DNA of 64,000 nucleotides from contig NC_042999.1 in assembly GCF_006345805.1 (NCBI RefSeq), positions 29,450,001 through 29,514,000 on the forward strand. Direction: 5' to 3'. Positions within the stretch are counted from its first letter, which is position 1. Each line of letters begins with the position of its first letter. The position numbers and the translations under genes are program-made. Positions 1 through 11,249 of this stretch are shown here, piece by piece. The notes under the pieces were generated by a model. The model did no database searches, had not been told where the DNA came from, and worked only from the letters and a program-made list of their open reading frames with translations. This stretch comes from Octopus sinensis (Eukaryota).

Positions 1-1157
1 TTTTTTTGTTTGTTCTTTTTATTTTTCTGATAATGGTTTTTCTGTTTTGGGGGATTCTGCACTTTTTGTTCACAGGTCTTGGTGGGGAGTGTTTTGCACA
101 TATGTCTGTGACGGTGTCTACAAAGATCTGCCAAGATGTTTTATGGTTGGTGGAGATGTGTGTATGTGTAAAGGACCAGTCAACATATGATAGCTCGTTC
201 CTGATTGCATCCCAGTTGGCATTATGGAGATCCATGTTGTCAAATGGGTGGGCTGGAGGAAGGTCACTAGGATTAGCTTTCGGCTGGTGGAATTTCATGT
301 TACAGAGAACCATGTCATGGTCTGAAAGAAGGGTTTTTTTCCACTGTAACGTTATGTATAGTGTTAGTGTGGTTACTAAACACTAGGTCCAAAATGTTCT
401 GATGTCTTGTTGGTGCAAGGTCAAGTTGGGACAAGAAAAACTCATTCGTAAAGTCGAAAAGTGACTCAGCGGTTGAGGCGGGAGTGCTTGGTTTCAAACA
501 GTTTGTAGTCCAGTCAACACAGGGTAGATTGAAGTCTCCCATCATGAGTATGTTGCTAGAATGGCACTGTTGAATAAAGCACTTAATGCTGTTGAGGCAT
601 TCTTTAAAGCACAGTATGGGTGTTTGGGGCGGCCTATAGAGCCCAATTACTGTCAGGTCATTGGCTTTGTTGTGAACGGTGACTGATTCACAGTAGCCGT
701 TGGAGAATATACTATTTCCATCTGCCGTAAATGAATCATGCAGGAAAATGGCAGTTCCACCCTTCCTCCTGCCGATACGATCCGCGCGGATGGTTGTGAA
801 ATTCTTCACTCTCATTTCGGCTTCCAAGTGGGAGTTGTCAAGGTGGGTCTCAGTGAGAATGAAGAAAGGGATGTGGTGTGAATGGTTACCAACCCAGTCT
901 TCAATGAATTGGACCTTCCATTTTTGTGCATTGATGGAAGGGCTGACACCTTGTGCATTGAGTAGGAATGTGGAGGTTAGTGTAGTGGCTGGTTTTGACT
1001 GTTGCAGGGGGCTTGGATTTTTTGTGTGTGTTAGTGGCAGCAATGTGGGGAATTGGTGCACTGGGGTAATAGCATAGGATGGTGTTGAGTGATGGTTAGA
1101 ATGTTTTTGTGTATCTCTTTTGCCATGTTCAACATGGCTAAAAAAGAATGTTCCTGC
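1..1157 (-). pseudogene. LINE ORF2 N-terminus, APE/EEP endonuclease domain
   Basis: Frame open from 1157 (after TAA at 1158-1160). One extra A in the run at 334-340 shifts the frame. Removing it gives EKTLLSDHDMVLC...ANWDAIRNELSYVDW..., open to the window edge. Confidence 0.9.
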
Positions 1158-2300
1158 TTAGGGAGCAGTTTTTGGCTGGAGGTGTGGTTGCACTGTTGGA
1201 TAGGGTTGTAGTTTCCACTTTTGTTGTTGTTGTTTTTGTGTCTTCCTGAAAAGACTGGACCAGCATTACTGCAGCATGGTGTGTTTCTATTTTTATTTTT
1301 ATTCAGGTTTGTGTGTTGGCTTGAAGCCCCGTTTCTGTTTGTGCGTCGGGTCCCTGGAAGATGAGTGAAGGGACAGTCACTCAGCAGACATGTTCTCTCA
1401 CGTTGGGAATACCGGCAGATTTTGGGACTCCGAGTTGTGTGTGTTTTGAATTTCGATTTACTATTTGGTGGTGTTGATGTTATTGTGGGATGCGTGCTTT
1501 GGCCTTGGCCGGTAGTGCGTCTAGTGCCGGGTAGATGCGTCTAGTGCCGGGTAGATGCGTCTAGTGCCGGGTAGATGCGTGAAGATGCAGTCACTATTTG
1601 TGCAGAGTCTCTGGCGCAGTGAATAGCGGCATATTTGGGGATTTCTTGTTTGTGCCGTGGGGGGCGCATTCTGCTTCCTATGTTTCATTAAGTTTTTGTT
1701 ACTGAAGTAGTATTGAGGTGGTGATGTGGGGGAAGAGGACAGTGGTTTCTTATTTGGTTTTCTGTTGGTATTTTTGGTGATAGAAGACGATGGTGGCAGC
1801 GGTGGTGATCATGATGATGATAATTGTGGTGGTTGCCGTGAGAGCGGTGAAAAGATACTGGCATTTAGTGAATCATCTAGTAAGCTAGAGTTGAGGAGTG
1901 GCTGTTGTTGTTCTTGTTGCTGTGGCTGTTGTTGTTGTTGTTGTGCTTGACCGATGTTAGGGTCAGCCATTGTGCTGGGAACCAGGAGTGGCTCATTCTG
2001 TTGTTGTTGTTGTTGTGGCTGCTGATTTTCTAGCTGTTGCTGTTCTTGAACTGTGAAAATATGAAGAGGCTTTTCATAATGGCCTTTTGTCAGTTTGAAA
2101 GATACTTCGATATGTTTCAGTTTGCTATGAATCTGTTTGACGGATCGTGTGTTGACCACTTGTGATGTTTTTTCGGCAATCTCATTCAAACACAAAACAT
2201 TTAGATTTTCTGTTTGGGAATGAGAGAACCATGTGTTTATTAAAACATCAATTTCGTTATCAGACCAATTTCGTCTGTTGCAGGCCTGCAAGTTAGTCAT
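1031..2300 (-). pseudogene. LINE ORF1 (reconstructed 409 aa): Myb/SANT-like domain, poly-Q, two C-x8-C-x4-C-x3-H fingers
   Basis: ATG at 2300. In-frame TGA at 1809-1811 within a Ser run. The frame continues to ICRYSLRQRLCTNSDCIFTH. Removing two extra copies of a 20-bp repeat (1516-1575) restores the frame through ICRYSQRERTCLLSDCPFTH to TAA at 1031-1033. Confidence 0.8.
1516..1580 (+). repeat. Perfect 20-bp tandem repeat (TGCGTCTAGTGCCGGGTAGA) x3.25
   Basis: Read directly at 1516-1535, 1536-1555 and 1556-1575, plus 5 nt. Confidence 0.97.
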
Positions 2301-2613
2301 GTTTGTTTTTCTTTTGTTTGTTTTCCTTTTGATTTTTGAATATATATATATTCTTTCTTGGGAGTTAAAGAAGTGTATATATATATAAATGTTCTCTCTT
2401 AAGGGTGTGAGTTTTTGATTATTTGGTTGTTTGAGGATATTAAAAGAAAAACAGGTGTATATAACAATTTGTAGTTAAATGAAAACGTACTTACGGGTTT
2501 GTAGGCAAACACGTGGTTACAAATATATATATATTTAAGGTCAGTTAGGTTTTGAAGCTGTGTAGCTTGCTACTGACTTGGGAGAGAAACAAATAGACAA
2601 ACAATAGAGAAAG

Positions 2614-2615
<2 letters not shown>

Positions 2616-2665
<50 letters not shown>
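2616..2665. repeat. (TA)n microsatellite at the LINE 5' junction
   Basis: Pure TA run. Confidence 0.97.
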
Positions 2666-2670
<5 letters not shown>

Positions 2671-3546
2671 CAAATGAAACGACAGATATCAAGTAGTTAT
2701 GCAGTACGACCGTTTCAAGCAGCTCCACTTAACTGAAAAATGCAATCACTGCATGCACAAATGAATGGAATTTTAACCTGTTTGACGCATTATTGTAATT
2801 TTTCTCAAATACTTTACCAGAACAAGAAGATGGAAGAAATTATCTTGTCGATATTGTAGCTAAAAATAGACTACATGTCCAAGAATCGCGTGAAGCCCAT
2901 TGGGATCATAGCCTGTGAAGGATTGTAATACACTTTTAATTCATTTATCTCATTATCATCTACTGAATTTCAGGCTAGATGACCGTCTCTTTTGAATAGA
3001 GGACAAGAGTGAGTTGACAGCTCATGGCTAGATAGTGTCGTAAATATTGTTATATGTATCCTTATTCCTCAGGAAATAAGGAATTAAGAGTAGTCAAGTG
3101 GATATAGAGTAACAGTCTATAAAAAGATGCTGGGTAGCGGAATACTTTAAATGATGATGCTAATTATGAGTTAAAGGGGCAAGACGTTAAGAAACCTAGA
3201 ACTTTAATACAGATTAAAATTGATGTTGATTGGTTATAAACAATAGTGTTATGCTGTATAAAAATCAAAATTGAGATTTTCAAAAATGATATCAACCAAA
3301 ATAAGTAAAGTGTGTGTATATATCAATCATAAACATTACAAAGGCAAGATAGCATATAATCAGTTGAATATATATTCAGCTACTTAATTACTTAGTTGGT
3401 GGTTTCTATAATGACTACTCTGAGCATTTACTAATGGAATACTAGAAAGATATCCATGCTTCCTATGTATTAATTTTAATCAATGAATCAGAAAACAAAA
3501 TATAAGGATGTGTACAGATGCACACACACATATACAAATATACGTA

Positions 3547-3589
3547 CATACATATATATACATACACACACATACACACATACACACAT

Positions 3590-3672
<83 letters not shown>
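3547..3672. repeat. Compound (CA)n/(TA)n microsatellite; representative of many similar tracts (e.g. 14690-14770, 15870-16050, 35835-36032, 49760-49935, 57430-57518, 59978-60066, 60570-60835)
   Basis: Direct reading; these tracts generate the [18 protein letters not shown] ORFs in the track. Confidence 0.95.
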
Positions 3673-3674
<2 letters not shown>

Positions 3675-6600
3675 GTTTGACATATCCTCACATGATAATT
3701 CCGTGTGCTTGCTTGTTTGAAATATTCGCCACAACGACATACCGATGGATGATTTTGAGAAATTTCAAAAAGCTGCACCTTGTTTTGGACATAGATCACA
3801 TGATATAAATGTTATTAATGTACACCAGTTCTTTCCTTTATGTTATGTTCCCGTGTCAGGGTAGCATTTTCTCAGGATTCTGCAGTAAGTTTATATACAT
3901 CAATATCAGTTCCATCATCCTACTCTCAAGCTGCCAAAATTCTACCGAGGGATTTCTTAGAAAATCGTGCCTCTCAAAATTTGTAGACGGGGATCCATTC
4001 CCGGGGACATTATAATACACATCAAGTATGACTGCAATAAAAAAGAAATAAGAGAAATTATGAGATAGGGAAAACATCCACCGCGCTATCCTGCTTCATC
4101 TGTGGAATACTTGATCATGGAAAAGACTTAACAGGAAACGGAATATTATTGACATCACCCAGTCTTTCTCACATAGTGATTCAGATTAACCCACTTCGTA
4201 GGAATCTTTACAAACTCCTCCAACAATTTCTCAGTGAATAGCAAGTATTAACAAATTATTGCCAGTAGCGGCACACCCACCCTGTTAATGCATTTCATGC
4301 CTGTGGATACTGATAATATGGACAAACCACCCTAATCAACTCGCGCTTATTGTCAAAGGTTTTAACCCTTTCCTATATATTACACGCCACCGATTTTGTT
4401 CAAGCAAACACGATTTTTTACCCAACACTCTCAAAATGGTTATTGCCATGTAAAGTCCGTTGTGGTTAACTGATTTAAACTGATTCGAACGCTAAACCTT
4501 GCCAACATCTTACCTGAAATGATGTTGCTGAATATAATATGGCATTCATTTTCTATCCCAGAATGTGGAAGGAGATTCCTGCCAGCACCCTATGTGTAGT
4601 CTTTACAATAAATATGACAAAAATATTTACTTTGATTTTGGCCATGAGGCCAGAGCAGAGCAACATATGTCTTCACACATCTTTAACCGCTTTTTAACTC
4701 CTCACTTATATCAGAGGAACTAACGAGAAAGATTTTCCAAACTGTTATTAAATATACACAACGAAAGAATTTCCTACATAATGTATTAGGTTCGCGTTAA
4801 AAAAAAACTCTTCCGTGCGTCTATAAGAAAAAATATTAAGTTGGAGATTTCTGAATATCGATGTATTTTCAGAAACTAAATTTAGTGTATTCTCAGGTTT
4901 ATTTGGTTAGCATACAACATGAGTAATGAGTCTTGAGTGGCTTACTACAGTCGAAGACAAGCCATTTCCAAGAGACAGCATACATTGTAGTTTTGGCAAA
5001 TATAGTGAGGAGGTACAACTCCCATTGTTGAACGGTCGGAGTGTGGTGGTCAATTTTTCATCTCAATTATGATACTTTCCATTTGTTTTGTTTGTCTGGT
5101 CAGAGAGTGCATTAAACGTAAACATTTGGGAGTAAAACTTGAAACTAAGGCGAGGAATGTGATACAATATAACTTTACGCGTATCACATAGCTATCTTCA
5201 ACTAGTAGCATTACTGAATAAATAATGAGCAGTCTTTTAGAGAGAGGAGTGGTGAAGGAATAACATAGACCTAGGAGAATGAAAATGTGATTTTTATTTA
5301 GAAATTGTAGTTTGAGTTATATTATAGGGAGACGTACATGTCTTCCAGAGATATATACAATGTGAGATCAGGTGGTCTAATGAATCGGAAAGCCACGACT
5401 AGACGTGGGTAGGAATGTTTGTGAAATATGCCTTTGTAGTGTTTGCAAAGATGCACAGGGTTATTCAAGATATGTTGTAGGTGTAAAATCTATGAAAATT
5501 GGTAACGGAATGTTTAATGTATTTAGATATTCGGACAATGCTAACAGCATATGGATGAGTTCATAAATATTTTGTCTGAAATATGATAAGCAAATGCGCA
5601 CCACTTACATTCAAGTGGTGAATCGGAGAAAAATCTATTTCATATATACATTGATCCAGTTACGCATAGGTGAGAAACCGTACATTCTCTTTGTGTCCAA
5701 TAATTCCACCACACAACTTAATTCTAGATCCGAATTTTTTAACATATGCAAGCACATGGATAACTTTGTATTGTCGAGTGGAGAAAAACCTCTGATCCCA
5801 AACGACTTTGTTCTCTTTTGAGCCACTAATAACAGATAATTTATTTAATTAGGTGTTTAAATTTAGAAGACTGCTGCTTTGATCTTATTTCACTTTTGAA
5901 AACATGATATTTTAAGAATAGTTATTCTTATCACCTCTAGGTAAATCTGAACGTAAAATATCCTGGCCGATGTAATGTATGTCTAAAGGGAATAAGTTAT
6001 TTCTTTAAGACAAGTGTGTTCAACACACCGTTGTACGACATACGGCATATTGGTCAGAAATATTTGGAAATTTGGGTCTGGGGTAGACCGCTTGTATTTT
6101 CTATGCTTTAAAAGAAACGGAATCTTTTTTCTGATTATTACTTTATACCTGCCAATCCATATAAATCTTTCGTTGCACTATCTAAGGCGGGGCAAACATG
6201 TATAATTGTACAACTTATTTCTTCTTAATATGCATATTATTTCCAAGCAGAAGAGGAGGATATAGCAGGGCAATGATTCTTTTATCGGGTAGTATATAGT
6301 TCTGAAACCATAAAGAAAATCAGCGTCTTTCGTCAGTCTAACGATTCTGGTAACAAATAGAGGATACATGTTAACAGAGAGTGAATTCCAGAAGGCTGGC
6401 AATTTGGGGATTAATGATACGGTGGAGAAACTAACGTGCGGTCAAGGTCATCGGACGCAAATCTGCTGAACAACAGTAGAAAGTGGGCCAGAGTAGAAAT
6501 TTCTGACATCAGATTGCATGAGGTCAGACAGTCCAAAATCGCAGAGGTCATTAGAGCATAAGTAAATATGACTGACAAAAGAGCTTCGATGCACAACGGG

Positions 6601-7666
6601 GAACTGGAGTGTGATGTAAATTGCTTCTTAACAACCAATTGAATAGCCACATTGGATGGATTATAGAATGTCTGTGTGCAGCAGCTATAAGTATAGCATT
6701 CCGTTGTAGACCTAAGCAGCTCTTTCTATATTATCAATAATTTCTACATCTTGAAATAATTTCTTCACTTGACGGGAATGGTCAATATTTCGTAAACGGC
6801 TATTGCTACGTCAGCGGCAAGAATATAACTTGATTTATAGAGAAGAATTACATATGCTACACGTTTGTTTCTGTATAAATTCATTTCATAGAGAAACAAT
6901 TAGAATTAGTGTAAAAGCTATGTTTGAGGCTGAACTTCTAGGACTTCTACTCGACAACGTCTACGGAATACAGTGCGGCTATTTTTCTTAGTTTGTGGGG
7001 TCAAGAAGATGGGTACCTCCATAGCTATCCTACCGAACAGCATGGAACTTAATGGCGCATCTCCTTTTACCCCCAGCTTATACTGAACCAGCACGAAATA
7101 AATTAATATTCAGCGGCAGCTATCGTTACCAATGATTTTGATGGAGATTCTTATGCCCTGCTTTTGAAGTACATTTTATAGACAGGCGGATGTCTGGTAT
7201 ATCATCCGCGCTTCTATCTTCCTGTAGTGTTTTCTTTAATAAATATATACGTAGTGGCACACTACATTCGTCTGCCAATGAAGATCACTTGACTTACATA
7301 TCGGCTGAGTTAAAATGATTATGGCCACGCATATTATTAATAAGTTGCAGTGGAATAAAAATTATTGGTGTCTTTTTGTTTTCTTTATTTTCTAAATGGA
7401 AAAATTAATTTTTTCAGTTACATTTTAGGGAAAGAGTTGTGAAATTTTCACGAGTAATTTATTTTGTCAATGATATGAGACCAAATATAACGCTCTTCAC
7501 AAATGATATACTACGCTTGATTTTTTTTTCTTTATCAGTCACAAGATAGGAAGACTCTTAGCGATATAAAAGTATCTATGTACAAGAATTTTTTCGTAAA
7601 AATTATATTCAGTCTTCTGAAATTCTTTCGCTTTGAAGTGACACGTAAAAACCTTTTACCTCTTCT

Positions 7667-7711
7667 ATAATAATAATGATAATAATAATAACAACAACAA
7701 CAACAATAATG

Positions 7712-7788
<77 letters not shown>

Positions 7789-7872
7789 TAGAAGAAGTGG
7801 AAGAAGAAAAAGAAGAAATGGTAGAAGAAGAAGAAGAAGATGAAGGAGAAGAAAAAGAAGAAGAAGAAGAAA
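7667..7872. repeat. Compound (TAA/CAA)n then (GAA)n microsatellite
   Basis: Direct reading. Confidence 0.95.
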
Positions 7873-7899
7873 ATTACTGTAGTTACATCTCCTATTGAA

Positions 7900-8400
7900 A
7901 TAACTGAAGGTCATCATGAACGAAAATATGTTAAAATGCCAAAAGCAAAATAACTGAGAATATGACATAAAGAATCAGCAAAATCAAAATTGAAGCATTT
8001 GGAAAAAACAAATGAAGTACTTATCCAAACCAAAGCAGCATGAATATGAAGGCTGGAAAAAAGACATCAAGCATTTTTAGAATAAATATATGTTCCGGAA
8101 TAATCCGAAAAGATTTAAATGGAAAATTGCAAAAACTAATATAACTATTAAAACTGCAATTATGGAGGTGGGAGTGCAAATGTTTCGGACAGCAATCTGG
8201 CTACTCCAAAAAGAACACATTCGTGGTCCTCTCTGGAGACTCTGGAAATGTCATGGAACAAATATGCAATACCTCATAATCTCAGGACTCGACTTAGAAA
8301 ATCCAGGAAACAAAAGTCACCTAAGAAAAGAAATAAGTCGTAAGAATTTGCTCACTGATTTCCTTGAATCATATGGGAGAATGATTCACTTCTACATTTA
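7900..8400 (+). mobile_element. Decayed R4/Dong-like LINE fragment (pre-RT region)
   Basis: Reads ..KAA*I*RLEKRHQAF..MFRNNPKRF..KTNITIK, matching the pre-RT block also seen at ~23900-24060; frameshifted. Begins just after a (TAA)/(GAA) array. Confidence 0.55.
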
Positions 8401-8409
8401 ATAATATCC

Positions 8410-9125
8410 GCCTCGTGAAAATCCCTTCTTTAGATGTTTCATCATTTATTTATTGTTGTTAGGTACTATGGCTTCTTTGTTGTGCTTGTCAGTTTCTTGA
8501 AAAGTGTAAACAGCTATTCTTTTTTGGTTTTCCTCGTGTCTTTTGGCTATTTGTATTTGTATCAGTTGGTACTGAAAAAGGAATTTATGTAATCATATGG
8601 TGGTTATTTTGTGCTAGATTTTTAGCTTCATAAGGCCTCTACCATACATTGTATATATATAACCTTTCTATGTCAGATTGTGTGTTGGGCTTCCTAAATT
8701 CTGTCATTACTTTTCTAAATTTCCTGTCTATTAGGATTAATTTATTTAGAGTTCAGTTAAGAATACTGTAACTGTAACTTATTAGTGGGACGACTAGAGT
8801 GTTGAAACCTAGTGTGGTATTTTTCGCATTTAGCTTTGTTTTCTGCACTAATCTCACTCGGCTATAATATTCTTTTCTTATCTTTTCTTTCATTTATGTG
8901 TGTTGTATCGTATCTACGTCATTGATTGTATCTCTGACTTTTGTCTACACCTTTTATTTAATTTGCTTTACCTAGTGTAATATATCTACTCTTAACTAGT
9001 TTTCCTGTTTCCAACGTTGCTTTGGAATATGTTTCTAATGGACATTTCATGTTTAACTCTTTGGTAAATCCATGTACTCTCTGTAGTAATGTCCCCACTT
9101 GTTTATAATTCGTAGTGTAGTTTTA
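8410..9125 (-). mobile_element. Decayed R4/Dong-like LINE fragment (end of RT and thumb)
   Basis: Minus strand reads KKEYYSRVRLVQKTKLNAKN..GFNTLVVPLISYSY..IDRKFRKVM..SDIERLY..GRGL. Confidence 0.75.
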
Positions 9126-9431
9126 GAAATTCCATACTGGAAAATTGCTAAAACTAATATAACTATTAAAATCACACTTACTGATCGAATTATCATGTCC
9201 ATTTGATTCCAGGATCGTAAAGAAAGAGGAAGAAAAAAAACTAGAATTTTAATTCCTTAAAATCTGAAAAAATGGGAATCGAGACAAGAGCACAGTACAC
9301 GCTGTGCATAAAATAATTGGTGCAAATATAAGGACAAATATTTGAAGGAGAAGGTAATAGTATGCCCGGTGGTGTTTCAAAATAAAGTTTGTCTCTTACG
9401 GACGGCAAGGATCTTCAAGAAGTTTCTAAAC

Positions 9432-9482
<51 letters not shown>

Positions 9483-9666
9483 ATTGCGGATACCTGAAGT
9501 TAATACTAGTAACGCGCTACCCACATAGGGCCTACCAGAAATAAGGCAGGACCTGAGCCAAACCAGAGCAATTATAATACTAATTTCTACTATAAGCACA
9601 TGGTCAGCAAGTTCGATGGGCTGGTTAAGTCTAATACATTATTCCCAGTGATCGACTCAAATTTAT

Positions 9667-9689
<23 letters not shown>

Positions 9690-9744
<55 letters not shown>
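9690..9744. repeat. (TAA)n array
   Basis: Pure TAA run. Confidence 0.97.
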
Positions 9745-9746
<2 letters not shown>

Positions 9747-10170
9747 GTCAAGACCTACGAAAACTGAGCAAAAAGAAAGATCTTGAAATAGAAATCAGCA
9801 AAATGTGGAACCTGAAAACTAAAACAATACCTGTTGTCATAGGTGCCCTGGGAATGATAGCAAAAGGGACTGATTGCTACCTAACTCAGATACCAGGAAA
9901 CCCAAAAATGGCAGAAATTCAAAAGATAGTGCTCATGGGAACTGCTCATATCCTACCCAAAATACTTTCTATGTAATCTCAAGTTTTAAAACAAACATAA
10001 TTTTCATTTGCTTTTTTTTTAGACATTCACTAATACAACACCAAAACAACCCCAAATATGTGGCACACTAGGTACAACAACAACATGAACTTCCAACCTG
10101 TTGTCTCTTGAGGTCTCTGGGTGAGACTTGGAGCCAACGTCTACAAATATAAATCAAAAGTCAAACATAG
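9745..10170 (+). mobile_element. 5'-truncated R4/Dong-like LINE 3' end (ORF C-terminus and 3' UTR)
   Basis: KLSKKKDLEIEISKMWNLKTKTIPVVIGALGMI..IQKIVLMGTAHILPKILSM* (TAA 9974-9976). The 3' UTR is shared with 22045-22213. (TAA)n on both sides. Confidence 0.88.
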
Positions 10171-10183
10171 AATAATAATAATA

Positions 10184-10234
<51 letters not shown>

Positions 10235-10266
10235 TATAATAATAATATAATAATAATAATAATATA

Positions 10267-10301
<35 letters not shown>

Positions 10302-10305
10302 TAAT

Positions 10306-10360
<55 letters not shown>

Positions 10361-10410
10361 TAATAATAATAATAATACAAATAATAACAATAATAATAAT
10401 AATAATAATA
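10171..10410. repeat. Interrupted (TAA)n array
   Basis: Direct reading. Confidence 0.95.
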
Positions 10411-10591
10411 CTGGACTAAACTAAACGCAAAAGAAATAGACAAAGAAAAATCCCAGCAATGGTTGAGAAGCTCAGGACTCAAAGCAGAAACAGAGGGATT
10501 TTTAATTGCAGCACAAAACCAAAGCCTCCCCACCAGAAATTACCAAAAACATGTGATGAAAAGAAATATAACAAGTAACTGCAGAATATGT
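10411..10591 (+). mobile_element. Internal R4/Dong-like LINE fragment ending at the zinc-knuckle start
   Basis: WTKLNAKEIDKEKSQQWLRSSGLKAETEGFLIAAQNQSLPTRNYQKHVMKRNITSNCRIC, open frame. Confidence 0.85.
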
Positions 10592-11249
10592 TCTTTTCAC
10601 AAACATTTCACTTGATAATCACACGTCATTACAGTATTGGAAATTAATCTCACAAACATGTTTCGTTAGTCATCTTGCCAACTTATATAGAGATCGCATT
10701 GTGTATCTAATTACACCTTTGACTTCTTTTCTATCACGCTGCATACATATACAGGCATATTTCATAAACAATAGATATTTGTTTATTGAATGCACTTGAT
10801 TGTTTTATTAGCTGACATTTTCAATCACGTTTCTCTAACAATAGGTGATATCGAAGCAAATGAACAATCACAGCTTGATAGTTGCGTAAAAATACAATCT
10901 CAGCAGAGGATAACTAAGAACATTTTATTGTATTTTTAATTTCATTTCTGATGACAAAACCTAATAACTTTCCTTGAATAAAGATCTCAAACATGATATC
11001 CTCACCATTAAGCTCCGTTAGATTTATCACAACGACAGCTGTTTCCTTTATACGAAGGCATAGAAGAATGATTCATTTCTTTAAGGATTCACTAATCAGT
11101 TGAGACCAGAGGCCATGAGAGCTAGTGCCCTTATTATCATCATTATTGTTGTTTTTGTTGTTATTGTTGATGCTGTTGTTGTTATTGTCATATATTTGAA
11201 TTTTACTTTGTGTTTGATATTATTATTACTATTAGTATTATCATTGTTT

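Larger units (their letters stand above)
1..2615 (-). mobile_element. APE-type LINE (CR1/L2-group-like): 5' UTR, ORF1 and start of ORF2; continues beyond the left edge
   Basis: Two overlapping minus-strand ORFs. ORF2 carries apurinic-endonuclease motifs (LNAQG, ILTETHL, GLYRPP, MGDFNLP, PTR..NILDLVF, SDH). About 315 nt of 5' UTR ends at (TA)n at 2616. Clade is inferred from endonuclease style only. Confidence 0.9.

Noticed and set aside
6-1077. Plus-strand ORFs 6-386 and 700-1077
   Set aside because: Antisense shadows of the LINE ORF2; no independent motifs.
1516-1580. Short direct repeats as a CRISPR-like array
   Set aside because: Head-to-tail copies with no spacers, inside a LINE ORF.
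2690-2760. Minus-strand GAAACGGTC with ATGCAGT/ACTGCAT pairing as a hammerhead
   Set aside because: No CUGANGA core or stem II.
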